Below, piece by piece: positions 13,252 through 26,827 of a stretch of 64,000 nucleotides of DNA (within the stretch, counting starts at the first letter, position 1; every line of letters begins with the position of its first letter). Made by a program: the position numbers and the translations under genes. The DNA comes from Octopus bimaculoides (taxonomy: Eukaryota), in NCBI RefSeq assembly GCF_001194135.2, contig NC_068989.1:5003383-5067382 (forward strand). The letters run 5' to 3'. The notes beneath the pieces are model-generated. The model ran no database searches, was not told the origin of the DNA, and was given only the letters and a program-made list of their open reading frames with translations.

Positions 13252-13445
13252 TGCCAGTGCCACATAAAAGCACCCAGTATACTCTGTAAAGTGGTTGGCG
13301 TTAGGAAGGGCATCCAGCTGTAGAAACCCTGCCAAATCAGACAGGGGCCTGGTGCAGTTCCTCGGCTTGCCAGCTCTGGTCAGACTGTCCAACTCATACC
13401 ATTTAACCCATAGACGTTAAATGATAATGATGATGATAATGATGA
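13248..13445 (+). mobile_element. RTE-type 3' tail fragment
   Basis: GGAAGGGCATCCAGCTGTAGAAA...ACGTTAAATGAT(AAT/GAT)n; begins immediately after (TA)n. Confidence 0.75.
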
Positions 13446-14356
13446 TATACGATGGGCTTCCCCACAGTTTCCGTTTTCCAAATTCACAAATTCACTCATA
13501 AGGCATTGGGTTGTATGGGGCTCTTATAGAAGTCACTTATAGCTAAGTGAGATTGAACCCAAAGCCACGTGGCTGCAAAGCGAGCTTCTTAACCACACAG
13601 CCATTCCTGCGTCTATTTGTTGATTTGTCTTCTGAAGAAAAGAAATATGCATATTTTGCCAAAATGAAATTAAAATTCCGAATGACATCATGGTCGTAAT
13701 ATTTCCTTAAAAATATCTTCCAACCCACCCTCGACCAACACTCCACATGAATTTGGCAGTTATCGTGTGTCAATCATTTTTCAATGTCAACCATTTCCGT
13801 GCTTACACCTCCGATGTCTTTTCCAGTCGCAATGGGGAAACAATTACACTTGTTTTATATATATATATTTTTATTGCCCTTTGACAGCAGTTTTCGTCAC
13901 CCCTCCTCTCCCCCACACACACAAATACTCTTACTTTCAAAATATATTAAAATATTTAAACACTATTTCATTTTGATTCTCGTTTTTTTTCCCCCAATAA
14001 ACTTTAAACAAACGCACTTGCAAGCTTGTGTATTTGTATACATATCCACCCATCCATAAATACATTCATACATACATAGATTACATGCGTATAAACATAC
14101 GTTACACACATATATACAGACATTACGTACATACAGATTTGGTACAATGGTAAAACGTCCGTCATGTTTACATTTGTGGGTTTCAATCCTTTGACCAGGC
14201 TTCGACCTTTTCTAGTCAAAGTTTTCTTTTTTAACCCAATATTTACTCGGTGTTATTTACAGCTTTATTTACTTCGAGTTCCCGAAAAGAATTATTCCGT
14301 GTTCTCTTGAAGTTCATAAATTCTTTTGACGCTAACAATATACATATATACATGTA

Positions 14357-14442
<86 letters not shown>

Positions 14443-14550
14443 TACACACACACACACGTATATACACGTGTATATATAATCATGCGTAGCAAATATACAT
14501 TTATACATACATACATACATACATACATACATACACACACACACATATAC

Positions 14551-14582
<32 letters not shown>

Positions 14583-14747
14583 NNNNNNNNNNNNNNNNNN
14601 NNNNNNNNNNNNNNNNNNNNNNNNNNNNNNNNNNNNNNNNNNNNNNNNNNNNNNNNNNNNNNNNNNNNNNNNNNNNNNNNNNNNNNNNNNNNNNNNNNNN
14701 NNNNNNNNNNNNNNNNNNNNNNNNNNNNNNNNNNNNNNNNNNNNNNN

Positions 14748-14806
<59 letters not shown>

Positions 14807-16587
14807 ATGTGTACATATGCACACATACACCTTCGTCATTAGCCAAGCTCGTCCTTCCCTTCACCTATTCACACTCTAACCTAACGCGGTGAAGTGTAAT
14901 ATAAGCAACTTCAACATGACAAATCGCAAATGTGATATGTCCTCTTAAAATTTAATACAAACCGTTTTCCTTCCCTGTCGTTTCTGCTACGTCATTTATT
15001 TCACAAGGACCTCCGACAAGTTAACCAAGTGACGACATACAGCCACCATACAGCTTTATCCCCGCCCTATCACTGTCTGCCTCACCTTCTCTCTGTTTCT
15101 CTCGCTGATCTCTCTGTCATTTTTTATTGTCTCTCTGTCTCTCTTTTCTCTATAACTATGACACTTTACCCATCGTATCTACTTCCTTTTGCAATCCCAT
15201 TGTGTTCATATACTCACAGAAACACACATACACACAGAAACACACACATATACACACTCGCGTGCACGCACACACGTGAGCATGTAAGATGAAATACATT
15301 CAAAACAAATTATATAAGAATACTACAAGCGTAGTACCAGTCAAAAGTAACTGGGTTTGTCTCAAGTCAGTAATTCTTAATCTACGTTTCTAGCCTTGCT
15401 ACATTTTCTTTCGTCTTTCATTCTCTCTGATAGCTTGACTGTCTGTCTTACTTGGTAGCTACTCTCTGTCTGTCTCCCTCCCTCTCTCTCTCTCACTCTC
15501 ACTTTCTTTCTATATATATGTATATATATATGTGTTTATAAGCCATTTAAGAAACACACAAAATCCGTTAGATTCAACATTTAAATTTAATTTGCCAAAA
15601 TATTTTCATTGCTTTGAGACCGCGACCTGTTCACTGANNNNNNNNNNNNNNNNNNNNNNNNNNNNNNNNNNNNNNNNNNNNNNNNNNNNNNNNNNNNNNN
15701 NNNNNNNNNNNNNNNNNNNNNNNNNNNNNNNNNNNNNNNNNNNNNNNNNNNNNNNNNNNNNNNNNNNNNNNNNNNNNNNNNNNNNNNNNNNNNNNNNNNN
15801 NNNNNNNNNNNNNNNNNNNNNNNNNNNNNNNNNNNNNNNNNNNNNNNNNNNNNNNNNNNNNNNNNNNNNNNNNNNNNNNNNNNNNNNNNNNNNNNNNNNN
15901 NNNNNNNNNNNNNNNNNNNNNNNNNNNNNNNNNNNNNNNNNNNNNNNNNNNNNNNNNNNNNNNNNNNNNNNNNNNNNNNGAATGTAGTGGCGGACAGTAA
16001 ACAAAACAGGAAAACGAAACAGTGAAATAAACAAACAAAGAAGGCTATACGGCCAGACGTGAAAAAGTATGTGTATATATATATATATATGTGTTTATAA
16101 GCCATTTAAGAAACACACAAAATCCGTTAGATTCAACATTTAAATTTAATTTGCCAAAATATTTTCATTGCTTTGAGACCGCGACCTGTTCACTGACAAA
16201 ATTGTGCTGCATGTTCCAGCACACAATCTCAGATCAGGTCACTTGCTATGCAAGTACATCTCCGTAATATATATATATTATGTCATATGTAAACAAACAT
16301 AAGTTTGTTTTTGAAGCGCTGAATGTATTGTAGAACAGGTAGAAAGAAATTTTTCAACACGGCAATACTGATAGAACACCATATATAGGATAAAATCCTT
16401 TTAGAGCAGAAAAGTTTGTCGGCAACCAGCCATGAGGATTGAATTCACACCCTCTGATATCCAGTCAAAGTGCTCTACTTTTAAGCTAAACTGCCGACCA
16501 ACAAATTCTTCTACAATTTTAGAAGTTATAAAGTCATCCAGAAACTCTAGATGTCTTATAGATTACATTATATAGATTTCATCACAA

Positions 16588-16800
16588 CTTTCTCTCGCTC
16601 TTTCTTCCTGTTTCTGTTGTACCTGTAATTCAAAGGGGCCAGCCTTGTCGCTCTGTGTCACGCTGAATATCCCCAAGAACTATGTTAAGGGTACATGTGT
16701 CTGTGGAGTACTTAGCCACTTGCATGTTAATTTCATGAGCGGGCTGTTCCATTGATCGGGTCAACTGGAACCCTCATCGTCATAACTGATGGAGTGCCAT
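16588..16800 (+). mobile_element. SINE body with Deu/Nin-like domain
   Basis: CAGCCTTGTCGCTCTGTGTCACGCTGAAT...AGCCACTTGCATGTTAATTTC, homologous to 58908-59290. Confidence 0.7.
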
Positions 16801-16807
16801 GATATAG

Positions 16808-16851
<44 letters not shown>

Positions 16852-16852
16852 T

Positions 16853-17050
16853 CATCATCATTATCTCTTAACTTCTGTTTTCCAAGCAAGATGGAGAGCA
16901 GCACCAGGTTCCAGTCCGATCTGGCTTGGCTTTGATGGTTGGATGCCCTTCCTAATGCCAACCACTTTACTGAGTGTACTGGGTGCTTTTTTATGTAGAC
17001 TGGTATGGGTGCATCTTACATGACCCAGCCTAGGCATTTTTCCATGGAGT
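16853..17050 (-). mobile_element. RTE-type 3' tail fragment
   Basis: GGATGCCCTTCCTAATGCCAACCACT motif. Confidence 0.7.
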
Positions 17051-17149
17051 AGCATGGCTGGTTTTTAGACACACACACACACACACACACACACACATTT
17101 ACATATATATATATATATATATATACATCATGCATATATACATATACTT

Positions 17150-17460
17150 CATCATCATCATCATCATCATCATTTAATGTCCTTTTTCCATGCTGCCATG
17201 GATCAGACAGTTTGACAAGAGTTGGCCAGTTGCAGAGCTGCACCAGAACCCATTTGTCTGTTTTGGCGTGGTTTCTATGGTTGGATGCCCTTCCTAATGC
17301 CAACCACTTTACCAAGTATGTTTAGTGCTTTTTACATGACACTGGCACAAGTACCTCTTATGTGGCACTAGCATAAGTGCTTTCTACATAGCCTGGCATG
17401 AGTGCTTTTCATGTGGTCCAGAATTGGTGCTCTTTACATGGTGCCAACACCGGTGCTTTT
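17150..17460 (-). mobile_element. RTE-type 3' UTR fragment
   Basis: (CAT)n TTTAATGTCC..CCATGCTG tail plus GTGCTTTTTACATG repeats. Confidence 0.75.
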
Positions 17461-17929
17461 TACACATACACACTCATACGTATGCATAACAACAGCGGTA
17501 GCAACAACAACAACAACTACACAAATTGAATGATAATATATAGAATTATATTAATAACCCACCGTATTAAATTCAGGTTTATTATGTATATCTCTATGGA
17601 AATAGGCTCAGTAACCAAAGTCTACATATTGGAAGAGGATGTGGTGAACACAATAAATAAATTAGGTTGAATGTAAACATTATTTTATATCAGAAAATTA
17701 ATGCATACTGTGACATATAATAAATGCCACATGTTGAAATGACGGCAGACTGGGTTTCTTTAGGAAATAATGGAGGAAAGTGAAACATGTTGACAACAAC
17801 ATGCAAAAATACTCACACGTGAACAAGCATACATACATACATATATATACATCTGTGTGTGTGTGTATGTGTGTGTAATCTTTGTAGTTAATGCAAAATT
17901 ACTTTTATTATAACATAACATTAATATAT

Positions 17930-18160
17930 TCTTTTATTCTTTTACTTGTTTCAGTCATTTGACTGTGGCCATGCTGGAGCACCGCTTTTAGTTGAGCAAA
18001 TCGACCTCAGGACTTATTCCTTGTAAGCCTAGTACTTATTCTTTCAGTCTCTTTTGCCAAACTGCTAAGTTACGGGGACATAAACACACCAGTGTCGGTT
18101 GTCAAGCAATGGTGGGAGAACAAACAGACATTCAAACATATACACACACACACACACACA
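17930..18160 (-). mobile_element. SINE family A, 3' half
   Basis: TTTTACTTGTTTCAGTCATTTGACTGTGGCCATGCTGGAGCACCGCC...GTTGTCAAGC signature. Confidence 0.85.
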
Positions 18161-19008
18161 CACATTGTGTGAGTTTTTGTACTTGTGCCTACTTTNNNNN
18201 NNNNNNNNNNNNNNNNNNNNNNNNNNNNNNNNNNNNNNNNNNNNNNNNNNNNNNNNNNNNNNNNNNNNNNNNNNNNNNNNNNNNNNNNNNNNNNNNNNNN
18301 NNNNNNNNNNNNNNNNNNNNNNNNNNNNNNNNNNNNNNNNNNNNNNNNNNNNNNNNNNNNNNNNNNNNNNNNNNNNNNNNNNNNNNNNNNNNNNNNNNNN
18401 NNNNNNATATATATATATATATATATAGTGGGCATATGTACAAAAACTCACACAATGTGTGTGAGTGGGGTTTGAATGTGTGTGAGGGCACTTTTCATTT
18501 AAAAATGAGACATTTAACCTTTACCTTTTTTTTTCATGATTACAGAACAGTGTCCCATTTATATTTATATCTCCATAACTACGCCGTCAAAATCTTCAAC
18601 TTCATAATCACCAGCACCATTAGCAAACAGCAAGAGTTCAAATAATGTCAATAGCTTGATTTTACTTAATGTTTTGGTAACCATGAACAGAACAGAAAAA
18701 GAGATAATACAGTTTTCGTTGTATTTATTTATGGAAAATTATACTAGAGACTAAATTCCATACCCGCTTGCTATACATACATACATACATCAGTTAAATA
18801 TATATGAACATGTCTAGATATGCAACTATATGCATGAGAATACATGCATAAAATAAAACATATAAATCTGCACATATACATACATACATACAAACATACA
18901 AAAATACCCTGTTGTTGATGTTGAAATTCCAAAGGAGCCTTGGATCTAGATTAGAAACTGTTTTTTTCTCTATTGGCAAGAAATCTTGAAATAAAACTGA
19001 TACGAACG

Positions 19009-19137
19009 ACATGGTTCCGGGTTCAGTCCCACAGCATGGCACCTTGGGCAAGTGTCTTCTACTATAGCCTCGGGCTGACTAAAGCCTTGTGAGTGGATTT
19101 GGTAGATGGAAACTGAAAGAAGCCTGTCATATATATG

Positions 19138-19170
<33 letters not shown>

Positions 19171-19386
19171 ATATGTTTGTGTGTCTGTGTTTGTCCTCCC
19201 AACATCGCTTGACAACCGATGCTGGTGTGTTTACGTCCCTGTAACTTAACGGTTCGGCTAAAGAGTCCGATAGAATCAGTATTAGGCTTACGAAGAATAA
19301 GTCCTGAGATCGATTAGTTTGACTAAAAAGCAGTGCTCCAGCATGGCCACAGTCAAATGACTGAAACAAGTAAGAGTAAAAGAGTA
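19009..19386 (+). mobile_element. SINE family A (tRNA head with CORE-like segment), 5'-clipped
   Basis: GGGTTCAGTCCCAC..GGCACCTTGGGCAAGTGTCTTCTACTATAGCC...GACTGAAACAAGTAAGAGTAAAAGAG. Confidence 0.9.
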
Positions 19387-19474
19387 CATACATGCATGCA
19401 TACATAATACATACATTCATACATGCATGCATACATACATACATACATACATACATACATGCATACATACACAT

Positions 19475-19512
<38 letters not shown>

Positions 19513-19879
19513 ATATTGGACCCATACTTTGAGGAGGTATAGAAACCCCATCAGCATTTAAGAAGCCCTAGTTTAAAGACACTAAAACTACAAAAGCTTT
19601 AATACAGAGAAAGTGAAGTTCAAACAGATTTGTTCATCAGCAGTAAAAAGAGGGTTTGTGTTCTGGGATTATTAAGGTTGTGGATCAGAAGTGTTTAGTG
19701 AGAAATGAAGACAAGTCTGTGAGCGTGGAGCTGATATTTTTTACCTTTTGCTTGTTTCAGTCATTAGACTGTGGCCATGCTGGAGCGCCACCGTCTAGGA
19801 TTTTATTTGAATGAATGGACCACCTATCAAATCCATTATAGCTGCTGTTGCTGGCTGTTCAAGTGTGTGTTATTAAATG

Positions 19880-20180
19880 GAAAGATAGTTAGGTTGTGTG
19901 TGCGTGTGTGTACCCTTTTTTTTTTGACATCATGTGATGGTTGTTAATGAGCACCCTAATCATACAAATGAAGTTGTTCGTTTCCAGTTTTTCTGTGGAA
20001 ATCATATCAGAGCGATGGACAAACATTACCTTGCCTGGCAACAGGCAAGAGTTGGTGACAGGAAGAGCATCCAGTCATAGAACATCTACCTAAAAATATT
20101 CCACCTGAGCCATGCAAGCATGGCAAAGTGGACATTAAATGATAATAATAATGACGATGATGATGGTGATGATGATGATA
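19880..20180 (+). mobile_element. SINE body with RTE-type tail
   Basis: ACAGGAAGAGCATCCAG...CATGCAAGCATGGCAAAGTGGACATTAAATGAT(n); same family as 57270-57685. Confidence 0.65.
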
Positions 20181-20559
20181 TTGAGCATATATCCATGATA
20201 ACATGATCCAACGTACCATTTTCATTTTAAAACAATAGGCTGTGTAGGGTTCAATTTCCAGCAGAATTGTGTGACCACATAGAAACTTCCACATTGTACC
20301 AAAGTCTTACAGCTGCACTGATTCATTCTCTCACACCGAGAGATATTGATTCTTATTTTCTTTTATAAACAAAGAATCGCTTACCTTAGATAGTTTGGAA
20401 AATGGCAACAGCTGACATTTTATACTGTTTGCATGTGTATGTGTGTATGTATTTATGTATGGATGCATATAGAGTTTTAGTCTTCTGTTGTAATTCCATT
20501 AGACCTTTGGCAAAATACCATGTTTGAGTAGAAGACCTATTAATGCCAAGTGAAATCAT

Positions 20560-20800
20560 AGCCATGGCAGATACTGGTGTCACGCAACTGGTACCCGTGC
20601 TGGCAACACGTAAAATCACCCATTGCACTCTTGGGGTGGTTGGTGTTAGAAAGGGCATCTGGCTGTAGAAACCATGGTAAATCAGACTGGAGTCTGGTGC
20701 ATCCTCTCAACCTACCAGCCCTGGTCAAACTGTTCAACCTATGCCAGCCTGGACAATGGGCGTTAACTGATGATGTTGATGATGATGATGATGATGATCT
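20560..20800 (+). mobile_element. RTE-type 3' tail fragment
   Basis: GGTTGGTGTTAGAAAGGGCATC...GGGCGTTAACT(GAT)n. Confidence 0.75.
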
Positions 20801-21084
20801 AGAATGATTGATAAGAATATTAAACTGACATATTTTACTGTCCTGAAGTTGATCACTTTGAGGTTTAAAGAACCATAACCAAATACCAAAAGGTATTTTG
20901 TCCAAGAGTATGATCCTCAGAACTTGATCGAGAATTACTTCAGTGACCAACCAACGATGAACAAATTCAAGCTGAATTGATATTTGTGACAGTACTATAG
21001 TTATTGCTTTTATAATTATTTGGAATGAGACAATTAGGTGCAGCTGTCTGGGTGCTGAAGATTTGACCAATTTCAGTAGTGGAG

Positions 21085-21087
<3 letters not shown>

Positions 21088-21137
<50 letters not shown>

Positions 21138-21350
21138 TGTGCATGCAAACACGCACACATATACACACACACACATGCACACTGACAAACACACATATAC
21201 TCATATGCACACACACATGCACACAACACACACATGCACACAACACACACATGCACACTGACAAACACACATATACTCATATGCACACACACATGCACAC
21301 AACACACACATACACACTTGCACACAAACACACATACACGCATGCACGCG
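21088..21350. repeat. CA-rich compound micro/minisatellite with ~75-bp internal duplication
   Basis: CACACTGACAAACACACATATACTCATATGCACACACACATGCACACAAC occurs twice. Confidence 0.85.
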
Positions 21351-21499
21351 CATGCAGAGGTGAAGAAGTATACACATACTGATGGAAAGAAAGAGAGAGG
21401 GGGAAGAGAGAGAGAGATTGCAATTTATTTATTGAACATGACTGGCAAACACTTTTGCTTCTCCTCATGTACAGAGAAAGATAGATGGATAGACAGATA

Positions 21500-22352
21500 A
21501 TACAGAGATGAGGAATTACACGCATTATTTACATTTGACGGATATTTGTTAACACAACCTTTTGGTGTCTTGAGGAAATTTCGAACCTGGGTTCTCATTT
21601 TTTGATATTATTATTATTATTATTATTGATAGGAATATTAATTTATTATTATTCAGGTCACATGTGGGTTAGTACTTGGACATCTTCCTGGTGGGGCCAG
21701 AGTATAAAGGGTTGGTTTTAGTGGTGTTGATCCTAAATCCAAATTCTCAATGTATTCCATGTATATATTGGCTATTATTGGTGATAATGGTGAACCCATA
21801 GCTAAACCCTCTTCATGTCAATATATATCAGTGTCCATACTGAAGTAGGCAGTTTCTACACAGAAGGTCAACATTTCCATCAAGTTTCCTATTGGTATAC
21901 TAGTGCGTTCTTTAAGATAGGTGTCGGTCACAGTTTTTCCTGAATCACTGATAGTGCTTCACCAGTTGGGACTTTGGTGAACAGACTTATCACGTCTAGA
22001 CTCACCATCTGGTTGAATTCAATGGGAGTGTCCTTGATTAATTCTGTGAAGTCAGTGGAATTCTTCACATACGATGTTGGCTTTCCTGCTAATGGACTGA
22101 TTATATCTATAAGGAAGCGGCTCAGTGGATGACATTCTGAACCTCTATCGCTCACTATGGGTCTTAATGGAATAACCATCCTTGTGAATCTTAGGAAGAC
22201 CGTACATGTGTGGTAGTTTACTGTAGTGTTGAGTCAGTTGTCTGTACTTCATTGGTGTAAAGTGATCCTTGTTCTTGATCAAGATCTGTGACAACTTCCT
22301 CTCTGTTTTCAGAGTTGGGTCTTTCTTTACTTTGATGTAGCTACCATCACTT
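21500..22352 (-). mobile_element. Penelope-like element (family 2): internally deleted RT joined to terminal repeat
   Basis: Minus translation GSYIKVKKDPT...PHMYGLPKIHKDG.PLRPIVS...SLDVISLFTKVP...GLAMGSPLSPIIANIYME; 21500-21661 is homologous to the arms at 60169-60585. Confidence 0.9.
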
Positions 22353-23384
22353 ATGAGAGAGATAGATAGATGGATGGATGAAGGATGGATGGATGAATGA
22401 ACGGATAGATAGATAGATAGAGAGGGGGGGGGGGACAATAAGACAAACGAGAGAGAGAGACAAGCAAGAGAGAGTGAGAAAGTGGGTGGGAGAGAGAGAC
22501 ACACAGAAAGAATGATAGAAACAGTGAAACGTCTAATGTCAAATGAATCAGCATCAAATGAACAACAACAAACAGGTTGTACTGAAACAGCTGAGTCCAA
22601 ACTCTCATATCTGTACTGGTGTAGATGAAATCAGCTAGTTTGGGACCATCCTTCATTAGGCTATATCCATGGGAGAATTTCAGCTTTCAAGCAAAGTGTA
22701 GTTTTAAATGTGATTGATTAGAATAGTGGTTGTCACTGTTCATTTACAATATCTTCCTTCTATCATGGATGAAAAGAAAAAGAACAAAAGTGTGTGTTTA
22801 CTTTACAAGGTTAAACTCTAGTCAAAGGAGACAGATAGGTCTTCTCAACCAACTACTTCAGTTCTAGGGCCTCGTTTTTATTACCGAATCAGATATCTAT
22901 TAACTCATGAACAATGCAGCTGCCATTGAATAAACATCAATGGCTGTAGAACAAGATAAACTCTCAGTTAATCAATTTAACTGATCCAGTTAAAAGTTCC
23001 TGGTTGAAGCCATTTAATTTTCCTAGCATTGTAAATATCTTCCAAAAAAAAAAAAAAGGTTAATTTCACTTCTCTTGTAAAAATCAGAACTCTTATTACC
23101 TTTGTAAATAAAAATAAAGAAATACAAAACAGTATAAACAAAGTTTTTTTGTTTTCCTTTTTCATACAATAAATGTTTGAACAAATTGTTTTGTGAAAGG
23201 AAAAAAATCAACAATGATTTCATACATAAGGTAGCAGGGCTGACATTTATAGAAGAGGAAGTGACGTGGTGATGTTCATGTCATACCACCATATACCAAT
23301 GTTTAATTTTTCGACAATTCGTTTTATCGTCACATTTTTGTCTGACGTGCTAATGATTCTTCTAGCTCTCTACCTTCAAAATGA

Positions 23385-23538
23385 TAATAATGATGATGAT
23401 GATGATGATGATGATGGTGATGGTGATGATGGTAATGACGATGATGACGATGATAATGATGGTGATGATGATGACGATGACGATGATAATGATGGTGATG
23501 ATAATGACGATGATAATGATGATGGTGACGATGATGAA
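23385..23538. repeat. (GAT/GAC/GGT/AAT)n trinucleotide repeat
   Basis: Direct reading. Confidence 0.95.
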
Positions 23539-23799
23539 ATTACACATTACAAAGAAGAGTGCTCAATCAGTGCAGTGCACCTGTTTAAAATCTTGATTTG
23601 ATTTAATGAGGGCTCACTCACTTGTCCAGTATCATTCATATATGAGCAAGCAAAAAATAACAACCCAGCTCATTTATCGTATCATGAGTTTAATATTAAG
23701 AAAACGGTCAAGGTGGCAAACTGACAGAATTGTTCAAGTGCTTTAGCAGCGTTTCGTCTGTCATTGTGTTCCGAGTTCAAATTCCCCAGCTGATACTAT

Positions 23800-24112
23800 A
23801 ATTGACCCCAGGACTTATTCTTTGTAAATCTAGTACTTATTTTATTAGCTTCTTTTGCTGAACCAGTAAGTTACAGGGACGTAAACACACCAACATTGGT
23901 TGTCTAGAGATGGTGGGGGTAGACAAACACAGACACAAACATATACATATATATATATATATATACGATGGTCTTCTTTCAGATTTTATTTACCAAATCC
24001 ACTCACAAGGCTTTGGTTGGTCCAAGGCTATAGTAGAAAATGCTTGCCCAAGGTGCCATGCAATGGGACTGAACCCGGGACCATGTGGTTGGGAAGCAAG
24101 CTTCTTACCACA
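23800..24112 (-). mobile_element. SINE family A
   Basis: GACCCCAGGACTTATTC...CCAAATCCACTCACAAGGC...CTTACCACAC. Confidence 0.85.
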
Positions 24113-25062
24113 CGCTAAAAACTGCAAAACTCTCCACTGATTTTCTTTTCCACCAACTTCAAAATAATTAAGGTGAAAGTTCAATTCCAAATGCAGGAAA
24201 CTCTTGATTTAATAGACTTCTGATTTAACTGACCAAATATTGATGGATTCAAATTTTGGCCCAAGACCAGCCATTTTAGAGGAGAGGGTCAGTCAATTAC
24301 ATTGACCTTTGTGTTCAACTGGTTTTTATTTTATTGACCCAAAAAGGATGAAAGAGAAAAATTGTTTGTACAAGAAATATCGTTCTTCAGCAACTTTTGC
24401 AGTGAATATGAATAACATGAACGTGAATAATAATAATAATGCTTATTATTTACATTTGTAGCTTTGGCACAGAATGTGTCAAATATGTTATGAATGCAGA
24501 GCTTTTGAATAAACTAAACTTGGTGTCTCTTGAAATTCCTTTAGAAAATGTATGAATATTGGTTGTAAGGTCAAGTACCCATGTGTAAATATAAATATAT
24601 TTTGGTAGTTTTGAATGAATATAAAACTATAACATTTGTGAAATTAGGCAGAGCAATTATTGTAGAAAATAGCATAATCTAGAACAATGAGTGAATCATT
24701 GTCAGCCGTGTATTGTACATATTACAAGTAATCAAATCTGTATAATATTTGGTGAGTGGTAAATATAATTTTCTTATTGTCCTGTTGTTTTGGTATTTTT
24801 ATTTGTATCTTCACATTCTTGTTAGCAACATTCATGTTCATTTTTCAATAATACCTCCAATTGGAAAAATCAAATATTCATACATACAAACCAAAATATT
24901 GTAATTATCACAAAGTTTAGTAAAACACCCATCATTATTTACAGCCTGGGTACTCTTGTAATACTATATTGTGTTAGAATTATGGTCACAGCAAAATACT
25001 CCTTTGCTCTCCTGAAAAAGAGATGGGAATGTTACATTATATCTTTTCTCTTCAATTTGATC

Positions 25063-25410
25063 CAGTCAGGAGACTGTGGCCATGCTGGGGCACTGCCTTG
25101 AAGAGCTTTTACTTGAATGAATTGATCCCAGGACTTTTTTTTAAAGCCTGGTATTTATTTTATCAGTCTCTTTTGCTGAACTACTAAGTTACGGGGACGT
25201 AAACACACAAACACTGGTTGGGGGACAAACACAGACACAAAAACACACACACACATATGACAGGCTTCTTTCAGTTTCTGTCAATCAGATCAACTCACAA
25301 GGTTTTGGATGCCACAAGGCTATAGTGAAAGGTACTTGCCCAAGGTGCCATGCTGTGGGACAGAACCTCAAACAATGTGGTTGGGAAGCAAACTTCTTAC
25401 CATACAGCCA
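25063..25410 (-). mobile_element. SINE family A
   Basis: Same signature, diverged. Confidence 0.85.
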
Positions 25411-26432
25411 CAATTTAATAAATCTATGTTCACAAGTGTATTTTTTACATTAAAAACAATAAAACAATCACCACTAGGTTACTGCCTAATTATCAAACTT
25501 TTAGCATTAACAGACACACTTCCATCCTAATAGTTTACTGAGCTTATGTCTGATGAGAGATATTTCATAAAACAATAAACAAGTAAAACGAAACGTAATT
25601 ATAATGAACTGATAAAGTGTTGTTTATAACCAGCTCTGACCTACTCTAAGCTGTGAATCAAGGATACAAAAAACAAGATGTCAAAGGAAAACTTCGATAA
25701 ACGGCTGATATGAATTTTTTCATTGTTTTATTTAAATTATTGAATGAAATATGAATGTTTTCAAGTACATTTAACAGCATTATAGCAATTGCATTGTCAT
25801 TGTGTACAAATCATGTATTTTCAGTTAATAAGCTACTTAAAATATTATTTGTTTAATTACCCTATTATTTATTTGTGATATTTAAATTAAATGTGACACT
25901 GTTTCTTGCAATTCCTTTTCTCAGCCAGAATTTTGACTTTAATTCACTTCATCTGTATCACATCAATTTCTATTTAACTTTCATGGAACCACTTCAACTA
26001 TCATTGATTTTTTTTTTCTAAAATAAACTGTATGCAGTCTATTACATCATTCCTCGATTATCACAGGGGTTTGGTTAAAAACAGAAAGCACTGTGATAAA
26101 CAAATCATCTCTTCGCACTTAGTAAATGGAACAAATGGGAGATTCATTGACATCAAGCATGTGGCCCACAGCAGCAAAGTTTCCCATCAGGTATTTCCTC
26201 AATCTCTTCTACCTTTCCCTTTAGAGAATGTATTTGACTACATCAGAGGTTCTCAGCATGGGTGGTATCAGCCCAAGGGGGTGCTGGGCATGTCAAAGGG
26301 ACATTAGGCTTTAGGGAGCAGTGAGCAGGTGGTGGGGGAACATAATTAACATACTATATTTCACCTATACTAGTAATTGTATTAACCTAAAATAAAATGA
26401 GATCTCATCAGTCACAGGGAAGGTGTTAACTT

Positions 26433-26659
26433 GCAATGTATTCTTTTATTCTTTTACTTGTTTCAGTCATTTGACTGGGGCCATGCTGGAGCACTGCCTT
26501 TTAGTCAAGCAAATCGACCCCTGGACTTAATCTTTGTAAGCCTGATATTTATTCTATTAGTCTCTTCTGACAAATCATTAAGTTACGGGGATGTAAACAC
26601 ACCAGCATCGGTTGTCAAGTGATGTTGGGGGGGACAAACACAGGCACACAAATACATAC

Positions 26660-26719
<60 letters not shown>

Positions 26720-26755
26720 AAAGCGGACGTTAAACGATGATGATGATGATGATGA

Positions 26756-26827
<72 letters not shown>

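Noticed and set aside
14135-14165. Possible minus-strand first coding exon (AAAC-ATG, MTDVLPLYQI, /GTATGT)
   Set aside because: Only 10 codons, the donor lies in microsatellite-like sequence, and no compatible downstream exon was found.
15531-16196. Exact 107-bp direct repeat (15531-15637 and 16090-16196)
   Set aside because: The identical copies flank an N gap; most likely a contig-overlap assembly artefact.
20540-21343. 267-aa minus ORF
   Set aside because: Spans a CA microsatellite and an RTE tail; the middle part has no recognisable motif.
23266-23601. Asp-rich 111-aa ORF
   Set aside because: Translation of a GAT/GAC trinucleotide repeat.
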